64,000 nt of DNA from Candidatus Babeliales bacterium (GCA_963722255.1 CAVRJO010000002.1:96001-160000); one strand, 5' to 3'. Counted from the stretch's first letter, positions 1 through 11,189 are shown. A program made the numbers and translations. Notes: generated by a model not told the origin, from the letters alone.

Positions 1-698
1 TCGCCATTAATAATACCAATATTGTCTTCCTTAAAAAGAGAAAATATATCTCGCTTCTCAGTAGCAATATCAGAAATAGAACCAATACCTTCCATATGGG
101 CATGGCCAATACATGTTATAAGACCTATGGTTGGTTGAGCTATTGCAACCAGTTCTTTCATTTCGCCACGTTTATTAATACCAAGCTCAAAGATTGCCAT
201 TTCATGGTCTTCTCGCATACTAAGGATACTTAGAGCCAAGCCCAAAACCGTATTATGGTTTCCAGCAGAAGCTGCAAATCGTTTGCCACAACTATCTAAA
301 ATATTACATAGCATTTCTTTAGTTGTAGTTTTTCCTACTGAACCTGTTATACAAACAACAGGGTATTTAAATTGAGAACGCCATGCTGTTGCAAGTTGAA
401 TCAATGCAGTATGAGTATCAGGTACAGTAACAATCAACATCGTTGATAGAATTTTATCAGAAATTGTTCCCAAACAACGTTTTTTATTTTCGGTTATTAT
501 AAGACCGGAAGCACCTTTTTTTACTACTTCATCTATAAATTCGTGTCCATCATGTTGAGCACCCTCAAGTGCAATAAAAATATCACCCTTTTCTATTTTT
601 CTTGAATCAATACAAAAATTCATATCTTCAGGAAAATTATTTTGCACAATAGCCACTTCCTGCAGTGCGTTTCTAAAAAAATGCTCATCCAAACGCAT
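1..698 (-). CDS. murF: UDP-N-acetylmuramoyl-tripeptide--D-alanyl-D-alanine ligase (3' end runs off the window)
   Basis: Not in the ORF track. Manual translation from ATG at 698 gives MRLDEHFF...CIDSRKIEKGDIFIALEG..DGHEF...ITGSVGKTTTKEM...GNHNTVLGL...ELGI...GEM, typical MurF motifs. GGAG RBS upstream. Confidence 0.9.
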   Translation of the reverse strand, partial: MRLDEHFFRNALQEVAIVQNNFPEDMNFCIDSRKIEKGDIFIALEGAQHDGHEFIDEVVKKGASGLIITENKKRCLGTISDKILSTMLIVTVPDTHTALIQLATAWRSQFKYPVVCITGSVGKTTTKEMLCNILDSCGKRFAASAGNHNTVLGLALSILSMREDHEMAIFELGINKRGEMKELVAIAQPTIGLITCIGHAHMEGIGSISDIATEKRDIFSLFKEDNIGIING

Positions 699-842
699 TG
701 ATATTTCTCCGCCTTTTAATGTTAAACAATGTATATATTTTTTTATGACCTATTTGGACTTAATGAAAAAAAAATGTCTGTTTTTTGAACATTTGTCAAG
801 GAATAAAAAAAAATTTCTTGTCATAGTTATAAAAAATCTTTT

Positions 843-3176
843 TTAACGTATCACTTTTCGTGTTTTTCCGCCCGGTTCTTGCATAATGATGCCTTGTGAT
901 TCTAGTTTGTCAATAATGCGAGCCGATCGATTATAACCAATTCTAAATTTACGCTGCAATAATGATATCGAAACTTCATCAACAGATTGTACAAAACGTA
1001 AGACCTCATGATATAACTGATCATCAACTTCTTCATCCTGTACTTGAGATATAAAGTCTTGAGCAGGATCAATGTAAACAACTTGTTGTTGTGAACGAAT
1101 GTGGCTCACGAGCTTTTCAATTTCTTTATCAGAAACATATGCCCCATGAGCACGTTTTAATGATGATGATGAATCTAAAAAGAGCATGTCACCTTTGCCC
1201 AATAACTTATCAGCACCATTACAATCAAGAATCGTTCGAGAATCAATTTTAGAAGTAACGCGAAAAGAAATACGGCTTGGAAAATTAACTTTTATAAGAC
1301 CTGTTATAACATCCACAGAAGGTCTTTGTGTTGCAACAACCATGTGAATGCCCGCTGCTCGAGCCATTTGCGTTATACGAGCAATCAGATCTTCAGTTTC
1401 CTTAGGTGCAGTCATCATTAAATCAGATAGTTCATCAATCATCACGACAATAAAGGGCATTTCAGGTCTATCCGGTTCCTGCTTTAATAGCTCATGATAA
1501 TCAAAAATATTTCGCACATTTGCTTCTTCCATTAATGCATACCGTTTTTCCATCGTCTTAACAACCCACTTGAGCACAAGTGCTGCTTTGCGAGGATCGG
1601 TAACGATTGGAACTAAAAGATGTGGAATATCCGCATATGATGCAAATTCCAAACGCTTGGGGTCTATTAATATTAACTTTAACGTTTCGGGAGTATGCTT
1701 GCATAATAAACTTACAAGCATCGCATTTAATGCAACAGATTTTCCTGAACCAGTTGATCCAGCTACAAGTAAATGCGGCATAGTTGCTAAATCTACAATA
1801 ACAGTAGATCCTATACTATCTTGCCCGAGAACAAGAGGAAGATGCCCTTCTGAATTTTTAAATTCTGATGATTGCAACACTTGCCCAAGCAATACAGTTC
1901 TACGTTGTTTATTAGAAACTTCAAAACCCACAACTGATCGGCCCGGAATTGGAGCGATAATTCGAATGCTTAATGCTTGTAATGCAAGCGCTAAATCATC
2001 TTCTAAAGCAATGATTTTACTAATTTTAGAATCTATTTCAGGTTGATATTCAAAAAGCGTTATCACGGGCCCAACCTTAATTGAAGTTACTTGTCCTCTA
2101 ATACCAAATCGTTCTAACTTTTCCTCAAGGATGGTAGCCAATATTTTATGGTTATCTTTTATTTCTTGGTTATTTTCAGAATCGGTTCTAAACCATGAAA
2201 CTAAAGGAATCTGATAAAATTTTAGACTCTTTTTTTTTGATTCTTGAATAACTGGAGATGGTCGATTTTCTGAGTGATCCACTGAACTCGCACTAAACGC
2301 TATTTCTTCCTCTGATTTTTCATGATCTACGGCTAAATCATGATTATGAAGTTTCTGAACTTCATGCACAAGATAGGTTTGCCAAAATTTTTCATGACAA
2401 ATATCTTTACTCTCTTCTGTTTCAGCTTCTAGATCTTCAATAATCAGTTCTTGTGCAGTGTGCGTTAATGAAGTGTCATCAAAATACGCAAAACTCTTTT
2501 TAACACACCACAGTATGGGAAACGTACCCCATACTATAACACTTTTAATGAACTGGTACAGCATTGTTGCACCATAGGAAATAAAACCATTCATTATAAG
2601 AAATTGTAACAATGCAATGCCTGCTGTTACAAAAAAAAGGCGCGTAATGATACACAATGAGCTTAAACAAACAACTATTATAAAAACAGTACATAGTAAA
2701 GGATCAAGAAATTGTTGTACCAAGTTTGCAGTATATTTTCCAATAATGCCACCCGGAATTTGAGAAGCAAAAAAATCAAATTGCAAAATATAACTACCTG
2801 CCATACCAGTTACTAGTAAAAAAAACCATGCTATATACTGATCGCAATTATTTTTTATTGGCTGTTGCAGATACCGACAAGACAAACAAAAAATGAGAAA
2901 ACCAAGACAAAGAAAAGATCCAATACCACCAAACAAAAAAATCAGTAGTGACGCAGTATAGGCTCCCCATGCGCCAAACCAATTGTGATACTGTATCGGC
3001 AATAATGTTTTATGCAAAAAAGATACATCATGCGATGAATACGAAAGCAGGCAAAAGAGTAAAAAGAGTGTCAGACTACAAAAGAAAATAAACACACTAT
3101 TTTTTTTTAATCCATACTTTTTTTTTGTTACATTCCTCATAGGTATAAAGTTCACCATCTCTATTCTTTCATACAA
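843..3176 (-). CDS. ftsK: DNA translocase FtsK
   Basis: N-terminal TM region, Walker A GSTGSGKS, IDELSDLM, ARAAGIH..ATQRPS, C-terminal gamma domain LLQRKFRIGYNRSARI. True start may be 3140. Confidence 0.95.
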   Translation of the reverse strand: MYERIEMVNFIPMRNVTKKKYGLKKNSVFIFFCSLTLFLLFCLLSYSSHDVSFLHKTLLPIQYHNWFGAWGAYTASLLIFLFGGIGSFLCLGFLIFCLSCRYLQQPIKNNCDQYIAWFFLLVTGMAGSYILQFDFFASQIPGGIIGKYTANLVQQFLDPLLCTVFIIVVCLSSLCIITRLFFVTAGIALLQFLIMNGFISYGATMLYQFIKSVIVWGTFPILWCVKKSFAYFDDTSLTHTAQELIIEDLEAETEESKDICHEKFWQTYLVHEVQKLHNHDLAVDHEKSEEEIAFSASSVDHSENRPSPVIQESKKKSLKFYQIPLVSWFRTDSENNQEIKDNHKILATILEEKLERFGIRGQVTSIKVGPVITLFEYQPEIDSKISKIIALEDDLALALQALSIRIIAPIPGRSVVGFEVSNKQRRTVLLGQVLQSSEFKNSEGHLPLVLGQDSIGSTVIVDLATMPHLLVAGSTGSGKSVALNAMLVSLLCKHTPETLKLILIDPKRLEFASYADIPHLLVPIVTDPRKAALVLKWVVKTMEKRYALMEEANVRNIFDYHELLKQEPDRPEMPFIVVMIDELSDLMMTAPKETEDLIARITQMARAAGIHMVVATQRPSVDVITGLIKVNFPSRISFRVTSKIDSRTILDCNGADKLLGKGDMLFLDSSSSLKRAHGAYVSDKEIEKLVSHIRSQQQVVYIDPAQDFISQVQDEEVDDQLYHEVLRFVQSVDEVSISLLQRKFRIGYNRSARIIDKLESQGIIMQEPGGKTRKVIR

Positions 3177-3957
3177 GCAAAAAACTACCCATCGCTACCA
3201 GTACTAAATACACTGAAAATATCCATTCTCTCTGCTCATGCAACATGCGTTCTACTAACTTCAAAGTACATAACCCACAAACTATTGCTATGATCATAAC
3301 CAATATCACCTTCAGTTGCAATAATTCAACAATTTTATTTTCATGATACAATGAATACGTTCCTTTTAAAAAAGCTGCACATGATATCGGCCACTCAATT
3401 AGAAATGATAGTTGGAAAGATCTTCTCATACTTAACCCCATCCAACGAGCACAGACAAACGTTGAACCCAAACGAGAAATACCTGGTATTAATGCAATTG
3501 ATTGTACAATTCCCAATAACATTGCATTATAACAGTTCCATTCTGCAAAAGGAGGTTTTTTATTGCAATAGTATAAAGAAAAAAGAAGCCCACTTGTTAT
3601 TAAAAATCCGATCCATACCGGTAAAAAGAAAATCTTTTTATAGAACAAAAAATATACCAATACCGTTATGCCATCTGTTATAATACCACGCAAAAAAATC
3701 TTTTTTATAAGAGGAAGTGTACGTGGAAAATTTTGAATAAAAAAACACCAATCATTAAAAAAAAACAGCGCAATAACTAAAGCTATGGGACCATGTAAAA
3801 AAAGATCGATAGCTTCATTGCAAAAATCGGGTAGATCTAATTTTTCAAATATTCTGTGCAACAACTCAAGATGACCGGAGCTGCTAATAGGAAAAGTTTC
3901 AAGAACAATAGAAAAAAATATATACAACATTCCATATAATGACATCATTAGCCTCAT
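3169..3957 (-). CDS. uppP: Undecaprenyl-diphosphatase (BacA/UppP family)
   Basis: ETFPISSSGHL and QSIALIPGISR motifs; polytopic membrane protein. Confidence 0.85.
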   Translation of the reverse strand: MRLMMSLYGMLYIFFSIVLETFPISSSGHLELLHRIFEKLDLPDFCNEAIDLFLHGPIALVIALFFFNDWCFFIQNFPRTLPLIKKIFLRGIITDGITVLVYFLFYKKIFFLPVWIGFLITSGLLFSLYYCNKKPPFAEWNCYNAMLLGIVQSIALIPGISRLGSTFVCARWMGLSMRRSFQLSFLIEWPISCAAFLKGTYSLYHENKIVELLQLKVILVMIIAIVCGLCTLKLVERMLHEQREWIFSVYLVLVAMGSFLLV

Positions 3958-4243
3958 CTATTACGTACAAGCTCACTTGTTTAAACAGTATATAGATCTG
4001 CTTCATTAAGTCGATCTATTCTGCAATCAGTTGACGAATGTATGGAAATAAAGTAGCGTTTGATCAAAACAAAAGAGTTATCATTGCCATATCAAAAAAG
4101 ACTACACGTTATAAACGTAGCGAAAGGAGAGGATATAACATAAAAGCAAAGCCAATTGGTGTAGCTCGTACACCCAAATATTATTCGTATTTTTTTAAAT
4201 TTTTTTCAATTCATAGCAATGAATTGTAAAAAGGAGTTAATTT

Positions 4244-5836
4244 ATGAATCACCCGCTTAAAAGATTTTTATGCATTGCATTATTTGCTTCCGTAGCAGTG
4301 ATGTATGCGTCTGATGAAGATTGTTCATCAGCAAAGACTTTTGGGCACACCTTTTTTAGTCAACGTCCTCAATGGTCAAATTTAGCACGAAGATTAGTTG
4401 GTGTAACCGAATTTCTTGTACCCTGTGATATAGATTGCCTAAATGGATTTCTAGCATTTACACCAGAATATACTCGTTCATTTGATCGTGACGAAATTGG
4501 AAAATTCCTCTTCTACAACGGCACTAATAAAATGACGTTTGGTGCTGCTGGAGCAACCGGTGTCGATGTTTTTGCACGAAACTTTTTCCTCAATGATGAT
4601 TTTAATGGCATCTTGACAGCGCTTCCTCGCGTTGAAAATGCCCTATTGGATATTCAATTTAGATTAAACTTAGATGAATGGATTTGTGGACTCTATTTTG
4701 ATATTCATGCACCTATAAACTGGACTCGTTGGAGTGTAAATTTTTCTGAAAATATTGTCTCTATAGGCACAGATATTGCAGCATTTGCTTTAGGAAATAC
4801 CACGGCATTTCCTTCGCCTGTTACGAGTATTTTAGCAGCATATAATGGTCAACAATTAGACACCATAGACTTCCCTGATCTTAAGCAAGTATTGCAGTTT
4901 GGTAGAGTCGATACGTCCGATGCTATGGATAGTCCAACTCCTGAAGCAAGCGGACAACAAACAAAAACACGCTTAGCTGATGTTGAAACCGCGCTTGGAT
5001 ATAACTTCCTTTGTGATGAATCGTATCACTTAGGTGCCGATTTTCGTGTAGTATTTCCTGCAAGCAATCGACCTAATGCTATGTTCTTATTTGAACCCGT
5101 AGCTGGTAATGGAAAACATTATGAAATTGGTGCCGGTGTTTCAGCACATTATGAATTTTGGAACAACTGCTGCGATTCATCTTTCACCGTATGGGCGGAA
5201 ACGAATTTATATACCGTATTAAAAGGTCGTCAACGTCGTATCTTTGATCTTAAGAATGCCGATGGTACACAAAATATTGGAAGTAGTCGTCTTTTAATTA
5301 AAAGATTTTCAGGCGCACCAGCCGCCCCTTTATTGCAAGAGATTCTTTATGGACCAAATGTGCTAGCCTTAAGTTGCAAAGTAAGAAATGCCTTGCATGC
5401 TGAAGCTGCAGTTCTTTTTGATTATTATCGTTGTGGTTTCACACTGGATACCGGTTATAATTTGTGGACTCGGACAGCAGATAAAATTAGCGACATCGAA
5501 ACTATTTTACCAAACACCTTCGGACTTGCCGGTCAAACATTAGGAACCGGTGGAGCTACAGCAAATAATACCGGCAGCACAGCAAAGATTAATGGTACAG
5601 GCGGAACAGCCGATCCAACAAATGTTTATATAAGCAATGATTCACTCTTTATTGACTCTGCGGCTCATCCACGAGCAATTTCACACAAATTTTTTGCACA
5701 TGCAAGTTATGCGTGGGAAAATTGTGACTATACACCATTTTTAGGAATCGGTGGTGAAGCTGAATTTTCGGGCAATAAAAACTTTGCCCTTGACCAGTGG
5801 GGAATTTGGATTAAAGGAGGCTTTGCTTTCTCATAA
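4244..5836 (+). CDS. Exported, Cys-containing putative outer-membrane beta-barrel protein (paralog of 12511..14028)
   Basis: Signal peptide, AAGGAG RBS, alternating amphipathic strands, C-terminal WIKGGFAFS; many motifs shared with 12511..14028. Confidence 0.65.
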   Translation: MNHPLKRFLCIALFASVAVMYASDEDCSSAKTFGHTFFSQRPQWSNLARRLVGVTEFLVPCDIDCLNGFLAFTPEYTRSFDRDEIGKFLFYNGTNKMTFGAAGATGVDVFARNFFLNDDFNGILTALPRVENALLDIQFRLNLDEWICGLYFDIHAPINWTRWSVNFSENIVSIGTDIAAFALGNTTAFPSPVTSILAAYNGQQLDTIDFPDLKQVLQFGRVDTSDAMDSPTPEASGQQTKTRLADVETALGYNFLCDESYHLGADFRVVFPASNRPNAMFLFEPVAGNGKHYEIGAGVSAHYEFWNNCCDSSFTVWAETNLYTVLKGRQRRIFDLKNADGTQNIGSSRLLIKRFSGAPAAPLLQEILYGPNVLALSCKVRNALHAEAAVLFDYYRCGFTLDTGYNLWTRTADKISDIETILPNTFGLAGQTLGTGGATANNTGSTAKINGTGGTADPTNVYISNDSLFIDSAAHPRAISHKFFAHASYAWENCDYTPFLGIGGEAEFSGNKNFALDQWGIWIKGGFAFS

Positions 5837-5868
5837 AAAACAAAAAAAACAAACATATACTTAGTACT

Positions 5869-5896
5869 AAAGGCTCATGATATCATGAGCCTTTTT
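5869..5896. terminator. Bidirectional intrinsic terminator
   Basis: Perfect palindrome AAAGGCTCATGATATCATGAGCCTTT plus T-run between convergent genes. Confidence 0.75.
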
Positions 5897-5918
5897 ACAT
5901 AGATCCAATAAGGATTTA

Positions 5919-6875
5919 TTATTTTTTGATATTTTTAGAAGCTTTTATAAAATAAAAGTTCAATGCCTGCAGTAGAACTTTTGCTTGAGCATATACAAGG
6001 AGCTCAGGTTTATAAGAAGAATCAGATTTACCAATAATAAATTTTACAGATTTTGTTTCCATAGTCGGATATAAGAAATAGAATGCAGTAACAATTTCCT
6101 GAGCTAAATCTATTTGATTTTGTGATAATGCTTTAGACCCCGGAACATAACGCCATAGTGAACTCTTTGATTGAAAGCTTAGTTCCTCTAACATATTTAT
6201 AAATACTCTAATTCCACTTACAAGAGTTGGGCTTTTAACATCCCCACCAAGAGTTTTTTTTATATTTTTATCATCAATAATAAATTTAAGAATTTCAATT
6301 GGACTCAGTTTATTTTTTGTACTTTTTAATTTTTTAAATTGATTAAAGAAACTATTTGGATCAAAGCTAACTCCTGTTAAACTTTTATACTGAGTAAGAA
6401 CGTCACTAACTGACCTATTTTTCCATTCTTCTGGATAATTATCTTTAGAAATTTGTGGAAGTTTTTTAAAATATTCGCTATATAGAGCAAATATTTTATT
6501 TATTGCTTTATCTATTTGAGCTAGATCTTCAGTTTTGTATAAGTTTTTTGAATAATTTGGCATCATATTTAATGTGTCAATGATGGTTTTCTGAGCTGCT
6601 CTATATGATTTTTGCAGTAAAGGCTGTTTTTTCAAAAAGCCACTCACAAACCAGCTATCAACACATGAGGTTAGATCTAGCCAAGGCTTCATCTCTTTAT
6701 CAGTAAGACTTCTATCTAATCTAAATGCTTCTTTAAAAGCCTCATTCCCTTTACTTAGGATAAAACTATCAAGGTCTTTGCCATCCATATTATTAATCGC
6801 ATCCATAGTTTTTTCATCACAGACACCATGTAATGAATAGAACAAACAACTTATTATCAATAATCTTTTCTTCAT
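5919..6875 (-). CDS. Exported alpha-helical hypothetical protein (cassette member, closest to 10145..11143)
   Basis: Signal peptide MKKRLLII..LHG-VC; shares INxLEEL..QSK..LSxxQIxxAQxIVxxxYxLYP with 10145..11143 and PEEW with 6883..7782. Confidence 0.75.
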   Translation of the reverse strand: MKKRLLIISCLFYSLHGVCDEKTMDAINNMDGKDLDSFILSKGNEAFKEAFRLDRSLTDKEMKPWLDLTSCVDSWFVSGFLKKQPLLQKSYRAAQKTIIDTLNMMPNYSKNLYKTEDLAQIDKAINKIFALYSEYFKKLPQISKDNYPEEWKNRSVSDVLTQYKSLTGVSFDPNSFFNQFKKLKSTKNKLSPIEILKFIIDDKNIKKTLGGDVKSPTLVSGIRVFINMLEELSFQSKSSLWRYVPGSKALSQNQIDLAQEIVTAFYFLYPTMETKSVKFIIGKSDSSYKPELLVYAQAKVLLQALNFYFIKASKNIKK

Positions 6876-6882
6876 TTTTACC

Positions 6883-7782
6883 TCATTTTTCTAATAAATA
6901 TTGTATGATGGTATATAAACAATTTGATTCAGCATTAATAACAAGCCAAAATTTACTCTTAGATTGTGGAAGCTTAAGATCCATAATTGAAGTAATTGTA
7001 TCAGGATAAGTCCCAATTATTGCTGCTAAAATTTCTTCACTCATGTCTATTTTATTTTGCAATGCACCAGTACCAATACCCAAAAACTTCTTCTTAATAT
7101 CTTCCTTAAATCGATAAATCAAACGCTCAAGCGTATCAGCAAACTGAACAATTTTTTGCTGTGTTATTTTTTCATCTCTATTTTGACCAATAAAACTTTG
7201 ATTTTTCAAAAAATTAATAATTCTATCCTGTGGTAATGAACTAGTTGATGGAAGCTTGTTATAAGAAATATACTGTTTTTTAGTTGCAGCAAAATTCTTA
7301 AAAAACAGATCATAATCTTTCAAAATTTCATTTGCTCTAGAAGGAACCCCTTTTTTCCATTCCTCAGGTTCATTAATATTCTCAATTGCCTTAAGTAAAG
7401 AATCTCTGTGTAATGCTAATAAATTTTCCTTATATCCTAACAAAACACGATTATTCTTTATAATACCTTTATCAACAATATTTTTAATTGCACCACTAAT
7501 TACTGTTAAATTTTTTAAAAGAATTTTGTTATTTTGTTCACTTGATGGCACAGATAAATTGTTATTCACACATGCAATAAAATCAAAAAATGATTCCAAT
7601 TTTTCTTTGAAATTCTGAGACTCTATTGGATGTTTGAAAATCTCAAAATGCTTATTTATTATCGATGTATATAACTCATAAGGGTTTAGTCTATTAATTA
7701 CAGCAACGTCCTTAAACGTACATTCTCCATGAAGAGCAAATGTTCCCAACAAACTACAACATTTTATTATTTTTTTTATCAT
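6883..7782 (-). CDS. Exported alpha-helical hypothetical protein (cassette member)
   Basis: Signal peptide ..ALHG-EC; N-terminal Cys pair, PEEW motif; RBS AGGGG. Confidence 0.75.
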   Translation of the reverse strand: MIKKIIKCCSLLGTFALHGECTFKDVAVINRLNPYELYTSIINKHFEIFKHPIESQNFKEKLESFFDFIACVNNNLSVPSSEQNNKILLKNLTVISGAIKNIVDKGIIKNNRVLLGYKENLLALHRDSLLKAIENINEPEEWKKGVPSRANEILKDYDLFFKNFAATKKQYISYNKLPSTSSLPQDRIINFLKNQSFIGQNRDEKITQQKIVQFADTLERLIYRFKEDIKKKFLGIGTGALQNKIDMSEEILAAIIGTYPDTITSIMDLKLPQSKSKFWLVINAESNCLYTIIQYLLEK

Positions 7783-7878
7783 TTCTTCCCCTGCTATGGC
7801 TTATATTTTTCAAATAGTTTGTACAATTTCCTTTTTTACTACCAATAATTTTGTGAAATCTCTCTTTACACTTAACAA

Positions 7879-8898
7879 TTACTGGCCACCTTTTTTTATT
7901 TTCTCATATACAATAAGAAACGCCTCTGTTTCACTGAAAATAATTACATCAACAGGATCAGCATCATATATTTTCTTGTAGAAATCAGTTGGAATTTTCT
8001 TATATAGATCAGTTATAAGGATAGCTTCTAGTATATTACGAGCATCTAAACTTAATTTTTCAAGATTTTCTATTCTTTGCCTTATGGCTTTTTTATTGAA
8101 TGTAAAAACACTCGATAGTTTTTTTTCAAGATTATCAATTTCCCGAGCAGCATTAATTAGAAAGTCATAATAGTATTTAAATATACCATATGCAACATTA
8201 AACCGTTCTTGTTCCGTAAAGCTCCTCAATTGATTAACTGATGCTTTTTGAAGCATTGAAAAATTAGCGACATCTGAATAATTTTCCGGACTCAAGATAC
8301 CGTTGCTATTAACAACTATATTATTTTGATCTATAAATCTCCTATATAACATAAAGCGAAGCTCATACCCACCCTCTTTATAAAATTTATCAAAATTGAA
8401 GTTACGATTTTTTTTAATACTCTCTTTAACATCTTTAGCAAAATCTAAAATCATTATATTTGCATAAGCTTGTTTATTGTAATCCTGTAAACGGGTTATT
8501 TTTTTTTGAATATGAGGTGCCTGTGCGAGTCTTCCATGAAGTTCTTTAATATTATTCTTAATAATGTCATTAAACTCATTCATGAAATTAATATAATCAT
8601 CTATATCAATATTAACTATATCTTCTTCATTTTTTTTGAGATGCTCATGAGCACAATCCAACAACAATTCAAAATTATTAAAAGCATGCGTATCAATTTT
8701 GTCTTTATTATTAATTACATTATCGGTATAAACCTTATTAATTTCTGAAAAAAATAATGTAGGAATACTTTTACTTTTAATTGAATTATTTATTTTTGTT
8801 TGAAACTCTTTTGTACATTTCGATTCAATAAATTTAAATCCATTAATTAAAAAAATAACACCTAGCAATAATAAACAATTTTTTATATACTTTTTCAT
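7879..8898 (-). CDS. Exported alpha-helical hypothetical protein (cassette member, paralog of 11190..12281)
   Basis: Shares CT..., LF..E..KVYTD, DCxH, FNFxxFYK, FNKKxI, LEAIxITxLY, ETxA with 11190..12281. Confidence 0.8.
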   Translation of the reverse strand: MKKYIKNCLLLLGVIFLINGFKFIESKCTKEFQTKINNSIKSKSIPTLFFSEINKVYTDNVINNKDKIDTHAFNNFELLLDCAHEHLKKNEEDIVNIDIDDYINFMNEFNDIIKNNIKELHGRLAQAPHIQKKITRLQDYNKQAYANIMILDFAKDVKESIKKNRNFNFDKFYKEGGYELRFMLYRRFIDQNNIVVNSNGILSPENYSDVANFSMLQKASVNQLRSFTEQERFNVAYGIFKYYYDFLINAAREIDNLEKKLSSVFTFNKKAIRQRIENLEKLSLDARNILEAILITDLYKKIPTDFYKKIYDADPVDVIIFSETEAFLIVYEKIKKGGQ

Positions 8899-8918
8899 AG
8901 CAATAAATCCTTTAACAA

Positions 8919-9965
8919 TTAGTTTTGACTTTGCAAATCTACAATATTTTTGCTTAAAGCATTAAGCATTTCTAGTAAAGCAAAAAATTCACCAATCAGA
9001 ATATTCTTTACCGGATTTTTCTCCACGTACAATTTTGCATGATCCAAATCAGAAATTATCTGATATTGCTTATTTAATGCACGTATAATCTCTGTACCAT
9101 CTTTTATCATCTTCTTCTCAGCCCCACTAAGAAACCATTGCTTATTCATGACAGCATTAAATATTTGAAGTCGATTAACAAATTTTGTAGCAGCTCTTCG
9201 CTCAATATCAAATTCATTTTCTTCTGAAGGAATCATTTCCAATAGTTTTAAAAAATTTACTATCTCTATATCCTGAGGAATAGGTTTGGTAAAAATAGTT
9301 GTTTTTGCCTCATTATAAACTTCAAAAAATTTTACTAAATTATTGGATAACTTTTTGTTTTCTGCTTTTTGTTCATTATTAGGCCATTCTTTTGGAATTG
9401 ATAGTGGATCAAGAAAAAAACGAATGTGATCATATATTTTCGTTTTATATGCAGTTAATTGAGAAAGGATTCCTTGTTTTTTGGCAATCTTAGAATTTTT
9501 TGCATACTCTGCTCTGAAAAGAACCAAATTAAGCTTAAAATAATTAAATATACTTTCATTTAATGCAATGTAATCTAAATAATCCTTCGAAATTTTTTTT
9601 CTAGCAACCTGTTCTCGAATATTATTATGAGCGCAACTAATTAATGAATCATATTTACTTTGTAAATCTTGAAACTCTTTCTTAAAGTCACTTACAAAAT
9701 TTTCATCTTTCCCTTTAAGATTTGTACTTTTTTCAAATTCAATTAACTGATTTCCAAGATATGGGTTTGCAATATATGTTTTTGTTGCTGCGTCTATAAT
9801 CAAAGCAAAGAGATTGGCGGGGTTTTCCTCAATTTTTTTCTCAATCATGGAGAATTCAGTATTATTACACTTTTGACCCCCACTTAGAAATTGAAAATAT
9901 AAACATAGAACTACAATAACGCTGTTCTTCACCATTTCCCCTTTTTCCCACCGCATACTCTTCAT
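8919..9965 (-). CDS. Exported alpha-helical hypothetical protein (cassette member)
   Basis: Signal peptide (alternative start 9935), KC...LISCAH Cys pair, PKEW motif, PQDxxIxNFLK shared with 6883..7782. Confidence 0.75.
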   Translation of the reverse strand: MKSMRWEKGEMVKNSVIVVLCLYFQFLSGGQKCNNTEFSMIEKKIEENPANLFALIIDAATKTYIANPYLGNQLIEFEKSTNLKGKDENFVSDFKKEFQDLQSKYDSLISCAHNNIREQVARKKISKDYLDYIALNESIFNYFKLNLVLFRAEYAKNSKIAKKQGILSQLTAYKTKIYDHIRFFLDPLSIPKEWPNNEQKAENKKLSNNLVKFFEVYNEAKTTIFTKPIPQDIEIVNFLKLLEMIPSEENEFDIERRAATKFVNRLQIFNAVMNKQWFLSGAEKKMIKDGTEIIRALNKQYQIISDLDHAKLYVEKNPVKNILIGEFFALLEMLNALSKNIVDLQSQN

Positions 9966-10144
9966 GGCTTATCCTCTGTATGAATAAATCTTGCTATCAT
10001 TATTACTAATAATAACAAATAATTGTTTTGAAAATCAATATTTATTCAAATTATAAATAAATAATTCCTTCCATGAAATAATCATTCAAAATTCAAGTTA
10101 TTGGCTTCTTAAGCCATCAAACACCTAAAAAATGATTTTTTTAT

Positions 10145-11143
10145 TTATAAACTTTCTGCTTTTCTCAAATAAGCTCGTAAGGTAATCAACAAAATTTGCG
10201 CAGAAGTCCATAATAAAAAAGGAGGCTTTATAGCTTGGGATGTTGTCAATTTAATTATACTCCTGCTTGTATAGGTGTCACTAGCAGGATACAATGAGTA
10301 CAAATCGTTAACTATTGTTTGTGCGACCAAGATCTGATCCTTAGAGAGGGGCTTTTTTGAAAAAAATCCTTTAGATTGATTTAGTAACTCCTCCAATAAG
10401 TTAATCACCAAAGTCGCTTTTTGTTGTTGCATTTCATAGGTTTCATCTCCATCTAAAATAGAAGATGCGGTAAGAGCAATAACTATATTTCTCTCTTTAG
10501 ATTTATCAGTATTAGTTTTAAGTATATTAAGATAGGTATTAAAAAACTCATTCAGAGAAAAATCTATATTTTTGGACTCTCTTTTATAGGCTTCAAGAGC
10601 TTCTTGTGCTGATTTATGTGGGAATCTTTTTACAAGAGGCAGTAAATATTTGTTATAATTATCCAAATAAACAGCTGTTACTGATTTTATGTTATGACCT
10701 ACTAAATTTATAAATAGTCCTTTTTTTAATGGTTTTGTATTAATAATTTCAGAAAAATTTCCTATCATATCTATATTAGAAACCTCTAAAAGTTTATTAA
10801 CAGCCCCTTCATACTCTGAGGCTTTTTTAACATTGAATTTAGACAATTGAATCCAGCTTTTAAAACTTAATAAAAAATATTCCCATGGCATTAGATCATC
10901 TTCCTTTAAGACTGGGATTATTGGATCATCACTCAAAAGATTTTTTAAGCTAGTTGAAGCATCTTTAGTACCGCCAAAAACTTTAAATCCAATATTTTGA
11001 ACATAATCATAGAGCTGCTGATCATTCTTATTTTTTATTACCTGAATATAATTTTCATTATTTTCTTGGAGTGCAAATTGCATGTTAAAAATACCAACGA
11101 AAATATAAAAAACTATTAGATAATTTAGAACTTTCATAAACAA
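10145..11143 (-). CDS. Exported alpha-helical hypothetical protein (cassette member, closest to 5919..6875)
   Basis: Signal peptide; MxPW/LMPW, FSxNxFFN and C-terminal block shared with 5919..6875. Confidence 0.75.
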   Translation of the reverse strand: MFMKVLNYLIVFYIFVGIFNMQFALQENNENYIQVIKNKNDQQLYDYVQNIGFKVFGGTKDASTSLKNLLSDDPIIPVLKEDDLMPWEYFLLSFKSWIQLSKFNVKKASEYEGAVNKLLEVSNIDMIGNFSEIINTKPLKKGLFINLVGHNIKSVTAVYLDNYNKYLLPLVKRFPHKSAQEALEAYKRESKNIDFSLNEFFNTYLNILKTNTDKSKERNIVIALTASSILDGDETYEMQQQKATLVINLLEELLNQSKGFFSKKPLSKDQILVAQTIVNDLYSLYPASDTYTSRSIIKLTTSQAIKPPFLLWTSAQILLITLRAYLRKAESL

Positions 11144-11189
11144 TCCTTTTATTTTGTATTAATCAACTTATATTTTATTATGATAAAAA

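Noticed and set aside
1570..2046. Long antisense or alternative-frame ORFs (also 23321..23836, 24894..25325, 28905..29369, 30557..30928, 62279..62599 and others)
   Set aside because: They lie within well-supported genes and show no motifs or RBS.
4038..4229. Small intergenic ORFs (also 7796..7981, 12309..12497, 56597..56782)
   Set aside because: No RBS or recognisable features; they overlap probable promoter regions or real genes.
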